64,000 nt of DNA from Alphaproteobacteria bacterium (GTDB lineage Bacteria > Pseudomonadota > Alphaproteobacteria > UBA828): assembly GCA_965214705.1 (NCBI GenBank), contig OZ243972.1:2496001-2560000 (forward strand), given 5' to 3'. Positions 10,042-20,210 of this stretch are shown here, piece after piece. Under the pieces are notes generated by a model. It did no database searches. It had not been told where the DNA came from and saw only the letters and a program-made list of their open reading frames with translations. The position numbers and the translations under genes are program-made. The number at the start of each line of letters is the position of its first letter. Within the stretch, counting starts at the first letter, position 1.

Positions 10042-12006
10042 ACGTTCCAGCCATGCTTGGAACATCAGGATGTTCCAGAGGCGTTGCTCCGCACTATCGT
10101 GCACTTTCAGGAATGCGCCCCACGCTTGGCGAACCGGGGCGGGATCGAAAAACCCTTCCTCCCGAAGCCGCCGTTCGTCGAGCAAGGCTTCCGCCCAGTC
10201 CCGGAGAGAACCACGCAACCACGAGGCGAGCGGCACACCGAATCCCGCTTTCGGCCGATCGACGAGCCGCATCGGCACGTACCTGAAGAGCACCTGCCGC
10301 AGGATCCATTTGCTCTCGTTGCTGCGGATCCTGAACGACAACGGCAAACGCCAGACGAATTCCATGACCTGGTGATCCAGGAGTGGTGCGCGCGTCTCGA
10401 GACTGACGGCCATCGCTGCCCTGTCGACCTTGACCAGAATGTCGTCGGGGAGATAACTCTGCATGTCTACCGCCATCAGCCGTTCAGCGTATTCGGCCGC
10501 GATGGGCCAATTCGCAGCTTCGTTCAGGACGGTAGCGGGTTCCGAGGCCCCGCGCACGATCGCGGATGGATCCTGGCAGTGGGAGAGGCGGCGCCAATGG
10601 AGTTCTTCAGGAGTCCGACATGCGATCAGCGCCGCCAGCTTGGAGACCTTGGCTGGCGTCCAGCGCTGCCCGCGGACCGTGGGCAACCGCCGGAGAAAGC
10701 GGCCGAGCACGGCGCTGTCCCGGTCGGGTGCGAGGAAGGCCGGGAACGCGCCCGCGATGATGCGGCGCAGCGGTCGTGGCGCCCGGGATAACGAACGCCA
10801 GATCCGGGGGTGTTCGAGATAGTGGGGATAGCCGCCGAAGAGTTCGTCGCCGCCGTCGCCGGACAGGGCTACGGTTACACGCTGGCGCGCCAACGCGGCG
10901 ACCAGGAAGGTCGGAATCTGGGAGGGATCGGCGAAGGGCTCGTCGAAAAGATTCGGCAAGCGCGGAATGACGTCCAGCGCCTGGCGCACCGAGACGTACA
11001 ACTCCGTATGTTCGGTTCCCAGATGGCTCGCCACGGCCTTGGCGTACGGCGCTTCGTCGTATTCGACTTCATCGAATCCGATGGTGAACGTCCGCACCGG
11101 CCGCGTGGATTGCGCCTGCATCAATGCGACGACGGCCGACGAATCGATCCCGCCGGACAGGAACGCGCCAAGCGGAACGTCCGCTGCCATCTGCCGGCGG
11201 ACCGCCCGCAGCAACAGGTCGTTCAGGACGTCCACCGCATCTTCGGGGGCGCCCTCGAACGGTTCGGCCCGGCCCGCGGTCATCACGTCCCGCAAAGACC
11301 AGTACGGCCGCGGTTCCGTCAGTTCGCCCGCATGCTGGCCTGAAGCGCCGACGGCCATCCTGACGCATGTGCCCGGCGGCAGCTTTCGAACGCCCTCGTA
11401 AATGGACCAAGGGGATGAAACATAACCATGGCGCAAGAGCAGGGCGAGCGCGCCTCTGTCGATGTCTCCCGCGAACGCAGGATGCGCCGCGAGCGCCTTC
11501 AACTCGGACCCGAACAGAAACACACCGTTCTGCCAACCGTAGTAAAGCGGTTTTTCGCCGACCCGGTCGCGGGCCAGATAAAGGGCCCTGTCCTTGCGAT
11601 CCCAGAGCGCGAAGGCGAACATGCCGGTGGATGCCCGCAACGCCTCGTCCATTCCCCAATGCTCGATGGCGGCCAACAGCGTTTCCGTATCGGAATGCCC
11701 TCTCCAGGGAATGCTCTGACGATGGGCGTCGAGCCGTCGTCTGAGCTCCCGGTGGTTGTAGATCTCGCCATTGAAGACGATCACCCTTCGCCCGGAACCG
11801 GACAGCATCGGCTGGTGGCCGGCCGGCGACAGATCGACGACGGCCAGACGGCGATGTGCGAGAGCGACTCCCGCCTTGAGATCCAGCCAGACCCCGGCAT
11901 CGTCGGGACCGCGATGCACGACTGTGTCCGCCATCTCGTGGGCGATCGATGACGCTGCCTCCGACGTGAGAGGTCCTCTTGCAAGAAAACCGGCTATGCC
12001 GCACAT
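9967..12006 (-). CDS. asnB: Asparagine synthase-like glutamine amidotransferase (glycan-modifying type)
   Basis: MCGIAG, HRGPDD, HRRLAVVDLS, FNGEIYN, LSGGIDSS, LSGDGGDELFGGY. Confidence 0.95.
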   Translation of the reverse strand: MCGIAGFLARGPLTSEAASSIAHEMADTVVHRGPDDAGVWLDLKAGVALAHRRLAVVDLSPAGHQPMLSGSGRRVIVFNGEIYNHRELRRRLDAHRQSIPWRGHSDTETLLAAIEHWGMDEALRASTGMFAFALWDRKDRALYLARDRVGEKPLYYGWQNGVFLFGSELKALAAHPAFAGDIDRGALALLLRHGYVSSPWSIYEGVRKLPPGTCVRMAVGASGQHAGELTEPRPYWSLRDVMTAGRAEPFEGAPEDAVDVLNDLLLRAVRRQMAADVPLGAFLSGGIDSSAVVALMQAQSTRPVRTFTIGFDEVEYDEAPYAKAVASHLGTEHTELYVSVRQALDVIPRLPNLFDEPFADPSQIPTFLVAALARQRVTVALSGDGGDELFGGYPHYLEHPRIWRSLSRAPRPLRRIIAGAFPAFLAPDRDSAVLGRFLRRLPTVRGQRWTPAKVSKLAALIACRTPEELHWRRLSHCQDPSAIVRGASEPATVLNEAANWPIAAEYAERLMAVDMQSYLPDDILVKVDRAAMAVSLETRAPLLDHQVMEFVWRLPLSFRIRSNESKWILRQVLFRYVPMRLVDRPKAGFGVPLASWLRGSLRDWAEALLDERRLREEGFFDPAPVRQAWGAFLKVHDSAEQRLWNILMFQAWLERSPAAERGAECPPGGDRVAGSRQPD

Positions 12007-12161
12007 GCCGCGCTCTCCATGGGCCGGGTCACTGCCCGCGACAAATGGTAACTGCCAAGGTCGTCTGATTTGTCATTTTGGGCCAGTGAGTTGAGGCGTG
12101 TCTCGGTCGGAATTGGCGTAAAGGGGTTGACGGGAGTTTCGGGAAATGACTCAACAGCGGC

Positions 12162-13842
12162 ATGAGCAATCCCGAGTCGCCGCGCGGCCCTTCGACGGGG
12201 GCAGCGCCCGAAACGCCCGCACAGAAGATCGCCCATCTGGAAGAGGAGAACACCCGGCTTCGAGAGGAAAACGCTTGGCTTCGGCAGCAGAACGCGCGGC
12301 TGGAAGAGCAAGTCGCGCGTCTCGTCGAGCGCATCGAGGAGTTGGAGCGCCGTCTTGGCCTCGACAGCGGCAACAGTGGCAAGCCGCCTTCGAGCGATGG
12401 GCTGAAGAAGCCGAGGTCGAAGCGGCGAACCCGAAGCCTGCGCGGCAAATCGGGCCGCAAGCCCGGCGGGCAGCCCGGCCATGAGGGCAAGACGCTGCGC
12501 CACCGCGATCACCCGGATCGGGTGAAGGACCACATGCCGGCTTCCTGCAAGGGATGCGGCTCGTCGCTTTTGGACGCGGCCAAGGCGGGAACGCCGGTCG
12601 CCCGCCAGGTCTTCGATCTGCCCGAGCCGAGCCCACTGGAGGTGACCGAGCACCGGGCGCATGCCAAGTGCTGCGGGCATTGCGGGACGGTGACGCGGGC
12701 GGCGTTCCCCGATGGGGTGTCGGCACCGGTGCAGTACGGCCCTCGCATTGCAGGCGTGGCGGTCTACCTTCAGCACGCCCACTTCCTGCCGGAGGATCGG
12801 CTGTCGCAGGTGATGGCCGAGCTGTTCGGCGCGCCGGTGACGGCTGCGACGCTGGCGACGATGAGCGAGAGGGCGGCAGAGCGGCTGCGGGACGTGGCCT
12901 CGCACATACAGAACCTGGCGGCGGGCACGGCGCGGGTGAAGCACATGGACGAGACCGGGTTCCGGATCGGCGGGCAGACGCAGTGGCTTCATGTGATCTG
13001 CACGCCGCATCTGGCGGCGTACCGGGTCAGCGGCAGGCGCGGCGCCTTGCTCTCGGGTGTTTCCGGCATCGTCGTTCACGATCACTGGAAGCCGTACTTC
13101 GCGATGGAGGGGGTGGAGCACAGCCTGTGCAACGCCCATCACCTGCGGGAGTTGCAGGCTCTGGTGGACATCGAAGGGGAGGCTTGGGCCCGGCGGATGC
13201 TCAAGCTCCTGCGCCGGGCCAATCGCGCCGCCCGGATCGCACAGGACAAGGATATCGCCGTTCCGGCGAGGCTTGTGGCGCTGATCGAGCGCCGATACGA
13301 CGAGATCATTGCCGAGGCGTTGGCCTTCCACGAGAGCCAACCGCCGTTCTCGCCTGGCAAGAGGAAGAAACGCCGGAAAGGCTTATCCCCTTACATCCGG
13401 CTTCTCCATATGTGGGGTGCCGGATCGCTGGGCACTTTACGGGCAACCCATTGAGACACGGAAGGAACTGCGACCGTGTCGGATACCGCCGCCGAGGTGG
13501 CCGGTACAACATGTTGGGGAACCGGAGCCAGAGGGATAAGCCTTACGCCGGAAACGACGGATCGGTCACAATCTGGCCTTGAGGCTGCGCGACCACAAGT
13601 GCGCGGTGCTCCGGTTCCTGACCGACCTCGAGGTCGGGTTCACAAACAACGAGGCCGAGCGCGACCTTCGGATGATGAAGCTGCGCCAGAAGATCTCCGG
13701 CGGCTTCCGATCCGCGCAGGGGGCCGAGAACTTCGCCATCCTGCGCAGCGTCATCACCACCGCCAGAAAGCAGGGCTGGAACATCATCGAAGCCCTGATG
13801 AGCCCATCGGATCGGCTCATCGCCACCGTCAAGTGCGCGTGA
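12162..13842 (+). pseudogene. IS66 (ISBst12-type) transposase interrupted by MITE-A
   Basis: NSGKPPSSD, KPGGQPGH, DETG, CNAHHLREL; C-terminal FTNNEAERDLRMMKLRQKISGGFRS resumes after 13544. Confidence 0.92.
13378..13544 (+). mobile_element. MITE-A copy 2
   Basis: Same sequence as 7358-7524 by eye; TSD ACGCCGGA at 13370-13377 and 13545-13552. Confidence 0.95.
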
Positions 13843-14098
13843 GCCGACCCGGCGAGAACTCCCCAACAGCGGAATCATCCCCAGAAACAACCTGGGCAGT
13901 TACGACAAATGCCGCACAAGTCCCAGGCTGGTTTGTGAAGTCCGTCAGGGTGTGTCAGGTTCGCCATACGTCAGGTTGGCCATGCGTGACCATTCGATTC
14001 CGCTTTGCCCGTTCCGCGCCGTGCCCTTTGCCGGCGGGACAGACAACCCCGCCCGGCAGCCGGAGTTGGATTGTACCATAGAACGGACAGAAAGGCCC

Positions 14099-15211
14099 AT
14101 GACAGCCCGCTCCAATACCCTCGAAAGGATCAAAGTTGCCTATGTCACATCGACACTTTGGAGATGCGGTCCATCCATTCAGCTAACAAATATCTTGCGA
14201 CATTTGGACTATGGTAAATTCGAAGTGTTCGTAATAACTCTTTCTCCTGAAAGACAAGATGATTCTCTCATTGGTGAGATAGAACGTCTTCCAATAAGAA
14301 TATATCCGCTTAATGTTAGTAGGTTTTCCGGTCTATTCCTACTGAAGAAACGCCTCCGAGACGCAATTGATCTAGTCCAGCCAGACCTGATACATAGCTC
14401 CGGTTGGCGAAGCGATTCTCTAGTATCGAAATTGAATCGGTCCACCGGCTGGATTGCAACGTGCAGAAACATTCCCGATATAGATTATCCTTTGGAGTTC
14501 GGCAGAGCTCTTGGAGCATACATGGCAAGAAGCCATATAAGGGCTCTGAGAAAATGCAGCAATGTTGTATGCTGTTCAAATTCGATGAAAGCTGAATATG
14601 AACAACGCTACGGTATGAAGGACGCTCTGGCAATACCGAATGGAGTAGAAATGTCCCAGGACATCGTCAGTTTGCGCACAAAGGAATTGGTGTATTTCAA
14701 GGGCGTGACGGTAGGTCGGCTGGTTCCTCGGAAGAATGTTCGGTATTTATGCGAGGTTTTCAAGAGACTGGATAACGGCGTTGCACGACTGACCGTTGTT
14801 GGGGACGGGCCGGAATACAGTGATCTTGCAGGTTACGAGGGCCGCAGAATATCCTTTGTCGGGCATCAGGGCAAAGACGATGTGCACAAATACTTGTGCG
14901 ACTCCGATTTCTTCATGAGTGCGTCCTTAGGAGAAGGATTGCCGAACTCCGTATTGGAGGCGTTGTCAATGGGACTTCCTTGTGTGCTTTCCGACATAGA
15001 GCCGCATCTCGAATTAAAGGATGAAATGCCGCCCGGAAGCGTAGAGATTTTCTCCTTGTCCGATTCCCCCGATGCAGTTGCATGTAGATTGACGAACTAT
15101 TTGGCAACTATCGTGAATCTGCCGAGGCACCAAATCAGGAAACGAACCATAGAGAAGTACTCGGCGGAAAGAATGTCACAGCGCTATCAAGCATTGTACT
15201 CAAGCATCTGA
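14099..15211 (+). CDS. GT4 glycosyltransferase, visibly lower GC than its neighbours
   Basis: VGRLVPRKN, VGDGP, EGLPNSVLEALSMGLPCVLSDI. Confidence 0.9.
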   Translation: MTARSNTLERIKVAYVTSTLWRCGPSIQLTNILRHLDYGKFEVFVITLSPERQDDSLIGEIERLPIRIYPLNVSRFSGLFLLKKRLRDAIDLVQPDLIHSSGWRSDSLVSKLNRSTGWIATCRNIPDIDYPLEFGRALGAYMARSHIRALRKCSNVVCCSNSMKAEYEQRYGMKDALAIPNGVEMSQDIVSLRTKELVYFKGVTVGRLVPRKNVRYLCEVFKRLDNGVARLTVVGDGPEYSDLAGYEGRRISFVGHQGKDDVHKYLCDSDFFMSASLGEGLPNSVLEALSMGLPCVLSDIEPHLELKDEMPPGSVEIFSLSDSPDAVACRLTNYLATIVNLPRHQIRKRTIEKYSAERMSQRYQALYSSI

Positions 15212-15658
15212 GCGGCCGTCTATGCACGATCACTTCTTTCAGTGTTCAAGAGAGCCCCTTGCAAAGTCCTGTGCGGGGGCTGTTTGTGTTGGGAGGCTGG
15301 GGTGGAAAGGAGGAGGGGCACGGCACGAATATAGCGTGAACTATCGGGCGAGCGTGCATGTCGACTCGCGCATGAGCGCCGCGGGCGGGGTGCTTTTCCA
15401 CGAAGCATGAGCGTTGCGGGTGCATTTCGGCGCCTGCGTCGCGACGAGAACGTGGCTCTCCGCGCCCCCGTCGTCGAGGGGCGTGCGGGTATGACAGGGA
15501 TGGACCCGAAGGGGGGCGGTCAGGTCAGAAGGCGCATCAACTCAATCAGACAGCGAGCCCGAACCGCCCGCAGACACTATGAGCACCTACGCATCGATCC
15601 GGAAAAGACCGAACAATCTGCGAAATCCGGGCAGCGATCACGTCAAATAATCCGGGAA

Positions 15659-15825
15659 AGGGCTTATCCCTCTGGTTCCGGCTCCCCAAGATGCTGTACC
15701 GGCTGCTTCGACGAAGTCATTTGCCATGGATCCTGTTTTCTAGCCCTTTCATAGCGTTAGCAACTGCAGGGTGGGCAAGCTGGCATTCCACATTTGGGCA
15801 AGCCGTGCTCAAAGGGATAAGCCTT
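15659..15825 (-). mobile_element. MITE-B (167 bp, divergent relative of MITE-A)
   Basis: AGGGCTTATCCC...GGGATAAGCCTT; TSD TCCGGGAA at 15651-15658 and 15826-15833. Confidence 0.9.
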
Positions 15826-15833
15826 TCCGGGAA

Positions 15834-16000
15834 AAGGCTTATCCCTCTGGCTCCGGTTCCCCAACATGTTGTACCGGCCACCTCGGCGGCGGTATCCGAC
15901 ACGGTCGCAGTTCCTTCCGTGTCTCAATGGGTTGCCCGTAAAGTGCCCAGCGATCCGGCACCCCACATATGGAGAAGCCGGATGTAAGGGGATAAGCCTT
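15834..16000 (-). mobile_element. MITE-A copy 3 (inverted)
   Basis: Reverse complement of 7358-7524. Confidence 0.95.
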
Positions 16001-16095
16001 TGGGAGAAATATCAGAAAAATGGTGATGTGAACTACACCGGAAAATTGGACGAATTCTTGAAAGATCATTCAACAGATTTCGTCGAATTGAGGTA

Positions 16096-17306
16096 AAGGC
16101 TTCTCCCCTTGGTTCCGGTGACGCAAGATGTTGATCGTCGCCGGCATCGGCGCGCGTCGCACGCGTGATATCTTGGACTGGCGAGAGCGCTGCCCGGCCC
16201 CGTCACGCGGTGCCGGAGTTCGGTATAATGACTCCGAGACAGCCGGAATGGCTGGCTGCGGCACGGTGTTGACCGGCCGGTGGGATCAGGCGCGTTGTTC
16301 GACGAAGTCGCGGTAGCTGGCGGGTTGAAGGCCGGCGCCGATGCCGAGCAGGGTGTCGAAGGCGGCGTCGGTGTGGCGGCGTCGGTTCCAACGGAAGACG
16401 AACTCGTCGAGGTAACGGCGCAAATGGGCGCGGCGCAGGCCGTGAAAGGTGCCGAGCGCCCAGCGTTTCAGGTTCGAGAAGACGCGATGGGTCCACTTCA
16501 GCACGAGATGGGCGGGCGTGTCGCCGACGATCCTGGCCTCATGGTCGTGCCCGGACAGGCCGGGATAGCCGCTCCAACCGTCGGTGATCACCAGCGCGCC
16601 CGACGCCGAGGTGGCGGCAACGAAGGCGTGCAGGCTGAGCGCGGAGTAATCCACGATCGGCGCGAGGCGGATGCGGCGCGGCTCACCCTCGGGAGACAGC
16701 TCGACCGCTCCGGCGATGAGCATCTTGCCTTGCGCGCTGCGGCCTTGCCCGCCGGTGGGCGGGTCTTGCGCGGTGCGCTGCGGCAACGAGGCTTCGTCGA
16801 TCTCAACCAGATCCTCAAGCAGGCTGCGGTCGGGATCGACCATGGCGCGACGCAGCTTGTGCAGCAGCAGCCACGCACTCTTGTAGCTGCCGAGCCCGAG
16901 CTGGGCCTGGAGTTGCAGGGCGGAGATGCCGTTCGAATGGCTGGTCACCATATGGATGGCGGTGAACCAGGTCTTCAGCGGCAGGTGGCTGCGATGCATG
17001 ATCGTGCCCGCGGTCACCGACGTCTCCTTGCCGCAGCCCGCACATTCCCAACTCGCCCTGCGACGCTTCAACTCCCAACCCTTGTCATGGCCGCAAGCGG
17101 GGCAAACGAAGCCGTCGGGCCAACGCTTTGCCGCGAGGTGTCTGGCGCAGGCCTCTTCATCGGGGAAGCGCGCCTCGAAGGCAGCGCGGGACATCGGGCG
17201 GTCGTGCTTCCAGCGGCTCGGCATGGCGAGAACATTACACGAACAACTCGTCCCTGCCAACCCAAACACAAGATGTCGTCAAACCGGGGTCAAGGGGATA
17301 AGCCTT
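16096..17306 (-). mobile_element. IS1595-family element (ISSod11-like ends)
   Basis: Ends AAGGCTTcTCCCC (16096) and GGGGATAAGCCTT (17306), around the transposase. Confidence 0.9.
16286..17224 (-). CDS. IS1595-family transposase
   Basis: RWPDGFVCPACG..WECAGC zinc ribbon, VEIDE, ITDGW, GTFHG..HLRRYLDEFVFRWNRR. Confidence 0.95.
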   Translation of the reverse strand: MPSRWKHDRPMSRAAFEARFPDEEACARHLAAKRWPDGFVCPACGHDKGWELKRRRASWECAGCGKETSVTAGTIMHRSHLPLKTWFTAIHMVTSHSNGISALQLQAQLGLGSYKSAWLLLHKLRRAMVDPDRSLLEDLVEIDEASLPQRTAQDPPTGGQGRSAQGKMLIAGAVELSPEGEPRRIRLAPIVDYSALSLHAFVAATSASGALVITDGWSGYPGLSGHDHEARIVGDTPAHLVLKWTHRVFSNLKRWALGTFHGLRRAHLRRYLDEFVFRWNRRRHTDAAFDTLLGIGAGLQPASYRDFVEQRA

Positions 17307-17334
17307 TCCGGGAAATCCAGCGTTAAGTAGTGCG

Positions 17335-17440
17335 GGAGACAAACACCCAGAAACGAGCAGAAGACGTGGCCGCGGATCGCGGCGTCGCAGGAATGGAGAC
17401 CGTGGAACGCATCGCACCGCGCCTCGTGGTCCTCGACCCC
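17335..17440 (-). pseudogene. IS1634-like transposase C-terminal fragment
   Basis: DAAIRGHVFCSFL; limits approximate. Confidence 0.5.
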
Positions 17441-17493
17441 TGGTCCGCTTGCACGGCGTGGACGAGAACACGGTCGCAGACGTCGCTCCGACC

Positions 17494-17624
17494 TCGTACT
17501 TGAGCGAGCGCCACAGCCGCTCGATGAAGACGTTGTCCATGCATCGGCCCCGGCCGTCCATCGAAATGCGGATGCCGGCCGCCTGCAGGCGCCCGGTGAA
17601 GGCAAAGCTGGTGAACTGGCTGCT
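17494..17624 (-). pseudogene. IS3-family transposase (rve) fragment
   Basis: SQFTS..F...L...GIRISMDGRGRCMDNVFIERLWRSLKYE. Confidence 0.88.
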
Positions 17625-17650
17625 CATGCCTACAGATCACGAATTGAGCC
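17625..17650 (-). repeat. Isolated GGCTCAATTCGTGA-type terminal repeat
   Basis: CATGCCTACAGATCACGAATTGAGCC, near-identical to 33624-33649. Confidence 0.8.
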
Positions 17651-17848
17651 AAAACAAACCGTCGAAGTCAGGGGGATTGCTGGATTGTGTTCTTAGCGTG
17701 GCATGCCGTTATGTAATCCGCGATAAGCTCGTGTAACTGCGAATGTCGTTGACCCTTGGGACGATTCGACTTCGGTTCGAATGCCCGGAACGGATATCAA
17801 TCTAAGTTGTCGCGATAGCGGGACGTTCCGCGAGCGCCGACACCCAGT

Positions 17849-18574
17849 TCAATAGGGTGGTTCCGCCGGACCGCTATAGGCGCAGATCCCGGTTCGCGGT
17901 GAATTGAAGATCGGCATCAGGCTGCCGTGGTCTTCGTGGCCCTCGTGCGCAACGGCGTCGTTCCCGCATATGTAACCCGCCGATTTTCCATCGCCCTCGT
18001 AGTGGCAGTCAAGGCACATGAATTGCGCGGGTCTTTCGCAGATCTCGCACTGAAATGGCTCGTGTTTGTTGCGGGCCATCAATGCGATGGGATGCTCCGT
18101 AGTCGGTTTGCCCCGGCGCTGGCCGACCACCCTAATCACCAGTTCGGTGGTCGACCCGAAGTCATACTTGTGGGACATCTCCAGCCCCGTCGTGAATACC
18201 TGGTCAGCGCTGACATCCATTGCGGGTTCGTCCTCGAAGTAGACTGAATCGACAAAGAGCTGCCTGTATTGCGTTCCCTGAATGCTGAACGCGCTCAGAT
18301 GACCGCAGCAATCCAGCCAGATCTTGCGCAAGTAATGGTCCAGATCGTCCAAAATCGTGCTGCCGCACATTTCAAGATGGAGCCAGTACCCCAATCCATC
18401 CGAGTCCTGCACCTTGAGGTGGAACATGACCTGGGCCGGTTCACCGGCACCGTCCGCCTGCTCAATGGCCTTGCGCCGCTCGGCGCAACTCTGCATATGG
18501 CGTGTCGATCCGTTGGCCGTCATCTCTCTGCCACAGTAGACGCAGTCGCCTCTCGTCTGAACTTGACGGCCCAT
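17849..18574 (-). CDS. Cys-rich hypothetical protein, distantly pRiA4b ORF-3-like
   Basis: CVYC, WLDCCGHLSAF, YDFGSTT, CEIC..CLDC, NSPRTGIC; GGAGG upstream of ATG 18574. Confidence 0.6.
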   Translation of the reverse strand: MGRQVQTRGDCVYCGREMTANGSTRHMQSCAERRKAIEQADGAGEPAQVMFHLKVQDSDGLGYWLHLEMCGSTILDDLDHYLRKIWLDCCGHLSAFSIQGTQYRQLFVDSVYFEDEPAMDVSADQVFTTGLEMSHKYDFGSTTELVIRVVGQRRGKPTTEHPIALMARNKHEPFQCEICERPAQFMCLDCHYEGDGKSAGYICGNDAVAHEGHEDHGSLMPIFNSPRTGICAYSGPAEPPY

Positions 18575-18723
18575 CGACAGTCCTCCCCGCTGCACCCAAC
18601 GCATCGACGATATCCGCTTTGGCCGCGCAGGGGAAGCAGACACGTCCGGATGCTGCCGGCTCGGGCATCGGCCCGCGCGGCCAGCCGGTCAAGCATATGG
18701 TGACGGCCTGCTCTACTTGTTAT

Positions 18724-18746
18724 GGCTCAATTCGTGAACCGTAGGC
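18724..18746 (+). repeat. Isolated GGCTCAATTCGTGA-type terminal repeat
   Basis: GGCTCAATTCGTGAACCGTAGGC, near-identical to 30642-30664. Confidence 0.8.
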
Positions 18747-18765
18747 CCGGCACAGACAAGCCGCT

Positions 18766-20080
18766 GTGGCAGCCAGAATTCGGTCGAGGAGCGCGAGGAC
18801 GCTGGGCTTCATCGAGAACGAGCTGCTCCAGACCCGGAGCTTCGATCCGGCGACCGGGCGAAGGCCTCGGGTGCAGGCGCAGGACATGGCGGCGGCGACC
18901 TTCCGCCACCTGGCCAGCCGCAACCTCGACCCGCAACTGCACACGCACGCGGTGCTCGCCAACATGACGCGCGGCCGGAACGGGGAGTGGAGTAGCGCCG
19001 AGTTCACCGCCGTGGAACGCTCGAAGCGCTTGATCGGCGCCTACTACCGCAACGAGTTGCGCACGGGGCTGGAGAAGATCGGCTACGCCACGGTGCCGAC
19101 GCTTGTGGGCCGGATGCCGGGGTCCGAGATCGCGGGCTACGGCAAGCCGATGCTGGACGCGTTCTCGACCCGACGCCGGGAGCTTCTGGACTACATGCTT
19201 GAACGAGGCTGGGAGAACACCCCCGCCAGGACGCAGCAGGCAGCGCTCTACACGCGGCGGCGCAAGGCGGAGCCGGAGCGGCGGATCCTGCATGAGACTT
19301 GGCAGGCGCGGGCGCAGGAGCTCGGCCCGGCGCTCGACCGGGACATCGCTAGGGCCGCAACGGGGTCAGCGCATCGGCCTTTCCCCCGAGCGAGGCGCGA
19401 GCGCCTCCGTCGGCGCTGTCGGTGGCGCGGCAGGCGGTCGAGCACCTGGAGGAGCGGCGCACGGTGATCCCGGCCAACGACCTGCGCGCCTGGGCGCTGG
19501 CGCACGGGGGCGGGCGGCACTCGCTCGAAGCGCTGGACGCCGGTATCGCCCAGCTCCGGCGCGACGGACACCTGATCGAAGCGACGGCGCGGAGGGGCGA
19601 CCTCGCCTTCGTCACCGACCGGGCACGCAACGCCGAGCGCGAGATTATCGCCGGCATGCGCGCGGGGCTTGACGCCGGACGAAGCCTGGCGCCGGCAGAG
19701 GCGGTCGAGGCCAGGCTGGACGCGGCAGGGCTGAATCCCGGCCAGCGCGATGCCGTACGCGGAATCCTGCTCTCGCCTCATGTCACGGTCGGGGTGCAAG
19801 GCCATGCGGGCTCCGGCAAGACCCCACCATGCTGCGCGACGTGGCAGAATTGGCGGGCGAGCGGCAAATCGTCGGACTGGCTCCCTCGGCCAGCGCCGCG
19901 CGCGTGCTCGAAGGCGAAGCCGATATCCCGGCCCGCACGTTGCAATGGTTCCTCACGCGCTACCGCGACGTGGGCGACGGCATCGCCCCGCCGGAGAAGA
20001 CGGGGGAAGCGCGCAAGGCCTTGGGCGGCTCGGTGCTGATTCTCAACGAAGCCTCGATGGTCGGCACGATCCAGATGCGG
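18766..20080 (+). pseudogene. MobF/TrwC-like relaxase-helicase remnant in three frames
   Basis: RNLDPQLHTHAVLAN (HUH), FSTRR, QGHAGSGKT (Walker A), LAPSASAA, NEASM. Confidence 0.85.
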
Positions 20081-20210
20081 AATTTTGCAAGCGGCTCGAA
20101 CCGCATGGGCAAAGCCGCTTGTGCCACGAGGTCAGGAAATCTAACTTTGGATATGGAGACTGTGGAGGCGGTGGGCGGGCGATGCGGTCTGAGGAGATGG
20201 GTGAGGTTCG

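Larger units (their letters stand above)
12048..13903 (+). mobile_element. IS66 family, ISBst12-type single-ORF element, with MITE-A inside
   Basis: Ends GTAACTGCC...GGCAGTTAC; TSD GACAAATG at 12040-12047 and 13904-13911. Confidence 0.93.

Noticed and set aside
13904-13925. Second 'MCGIC'-like start upstream of asnB on the minus strand
   Set aside because: After removing the IS the frame stops within a few codons; likely chance.
15651-17314. Repeated GGGATAAGCCTT/TCCGGGAA motifs as a CRISPR array
   Set aside because: Spacing is irregular, the repeats are inverted element ends and TSDs, and no cas genes are present.
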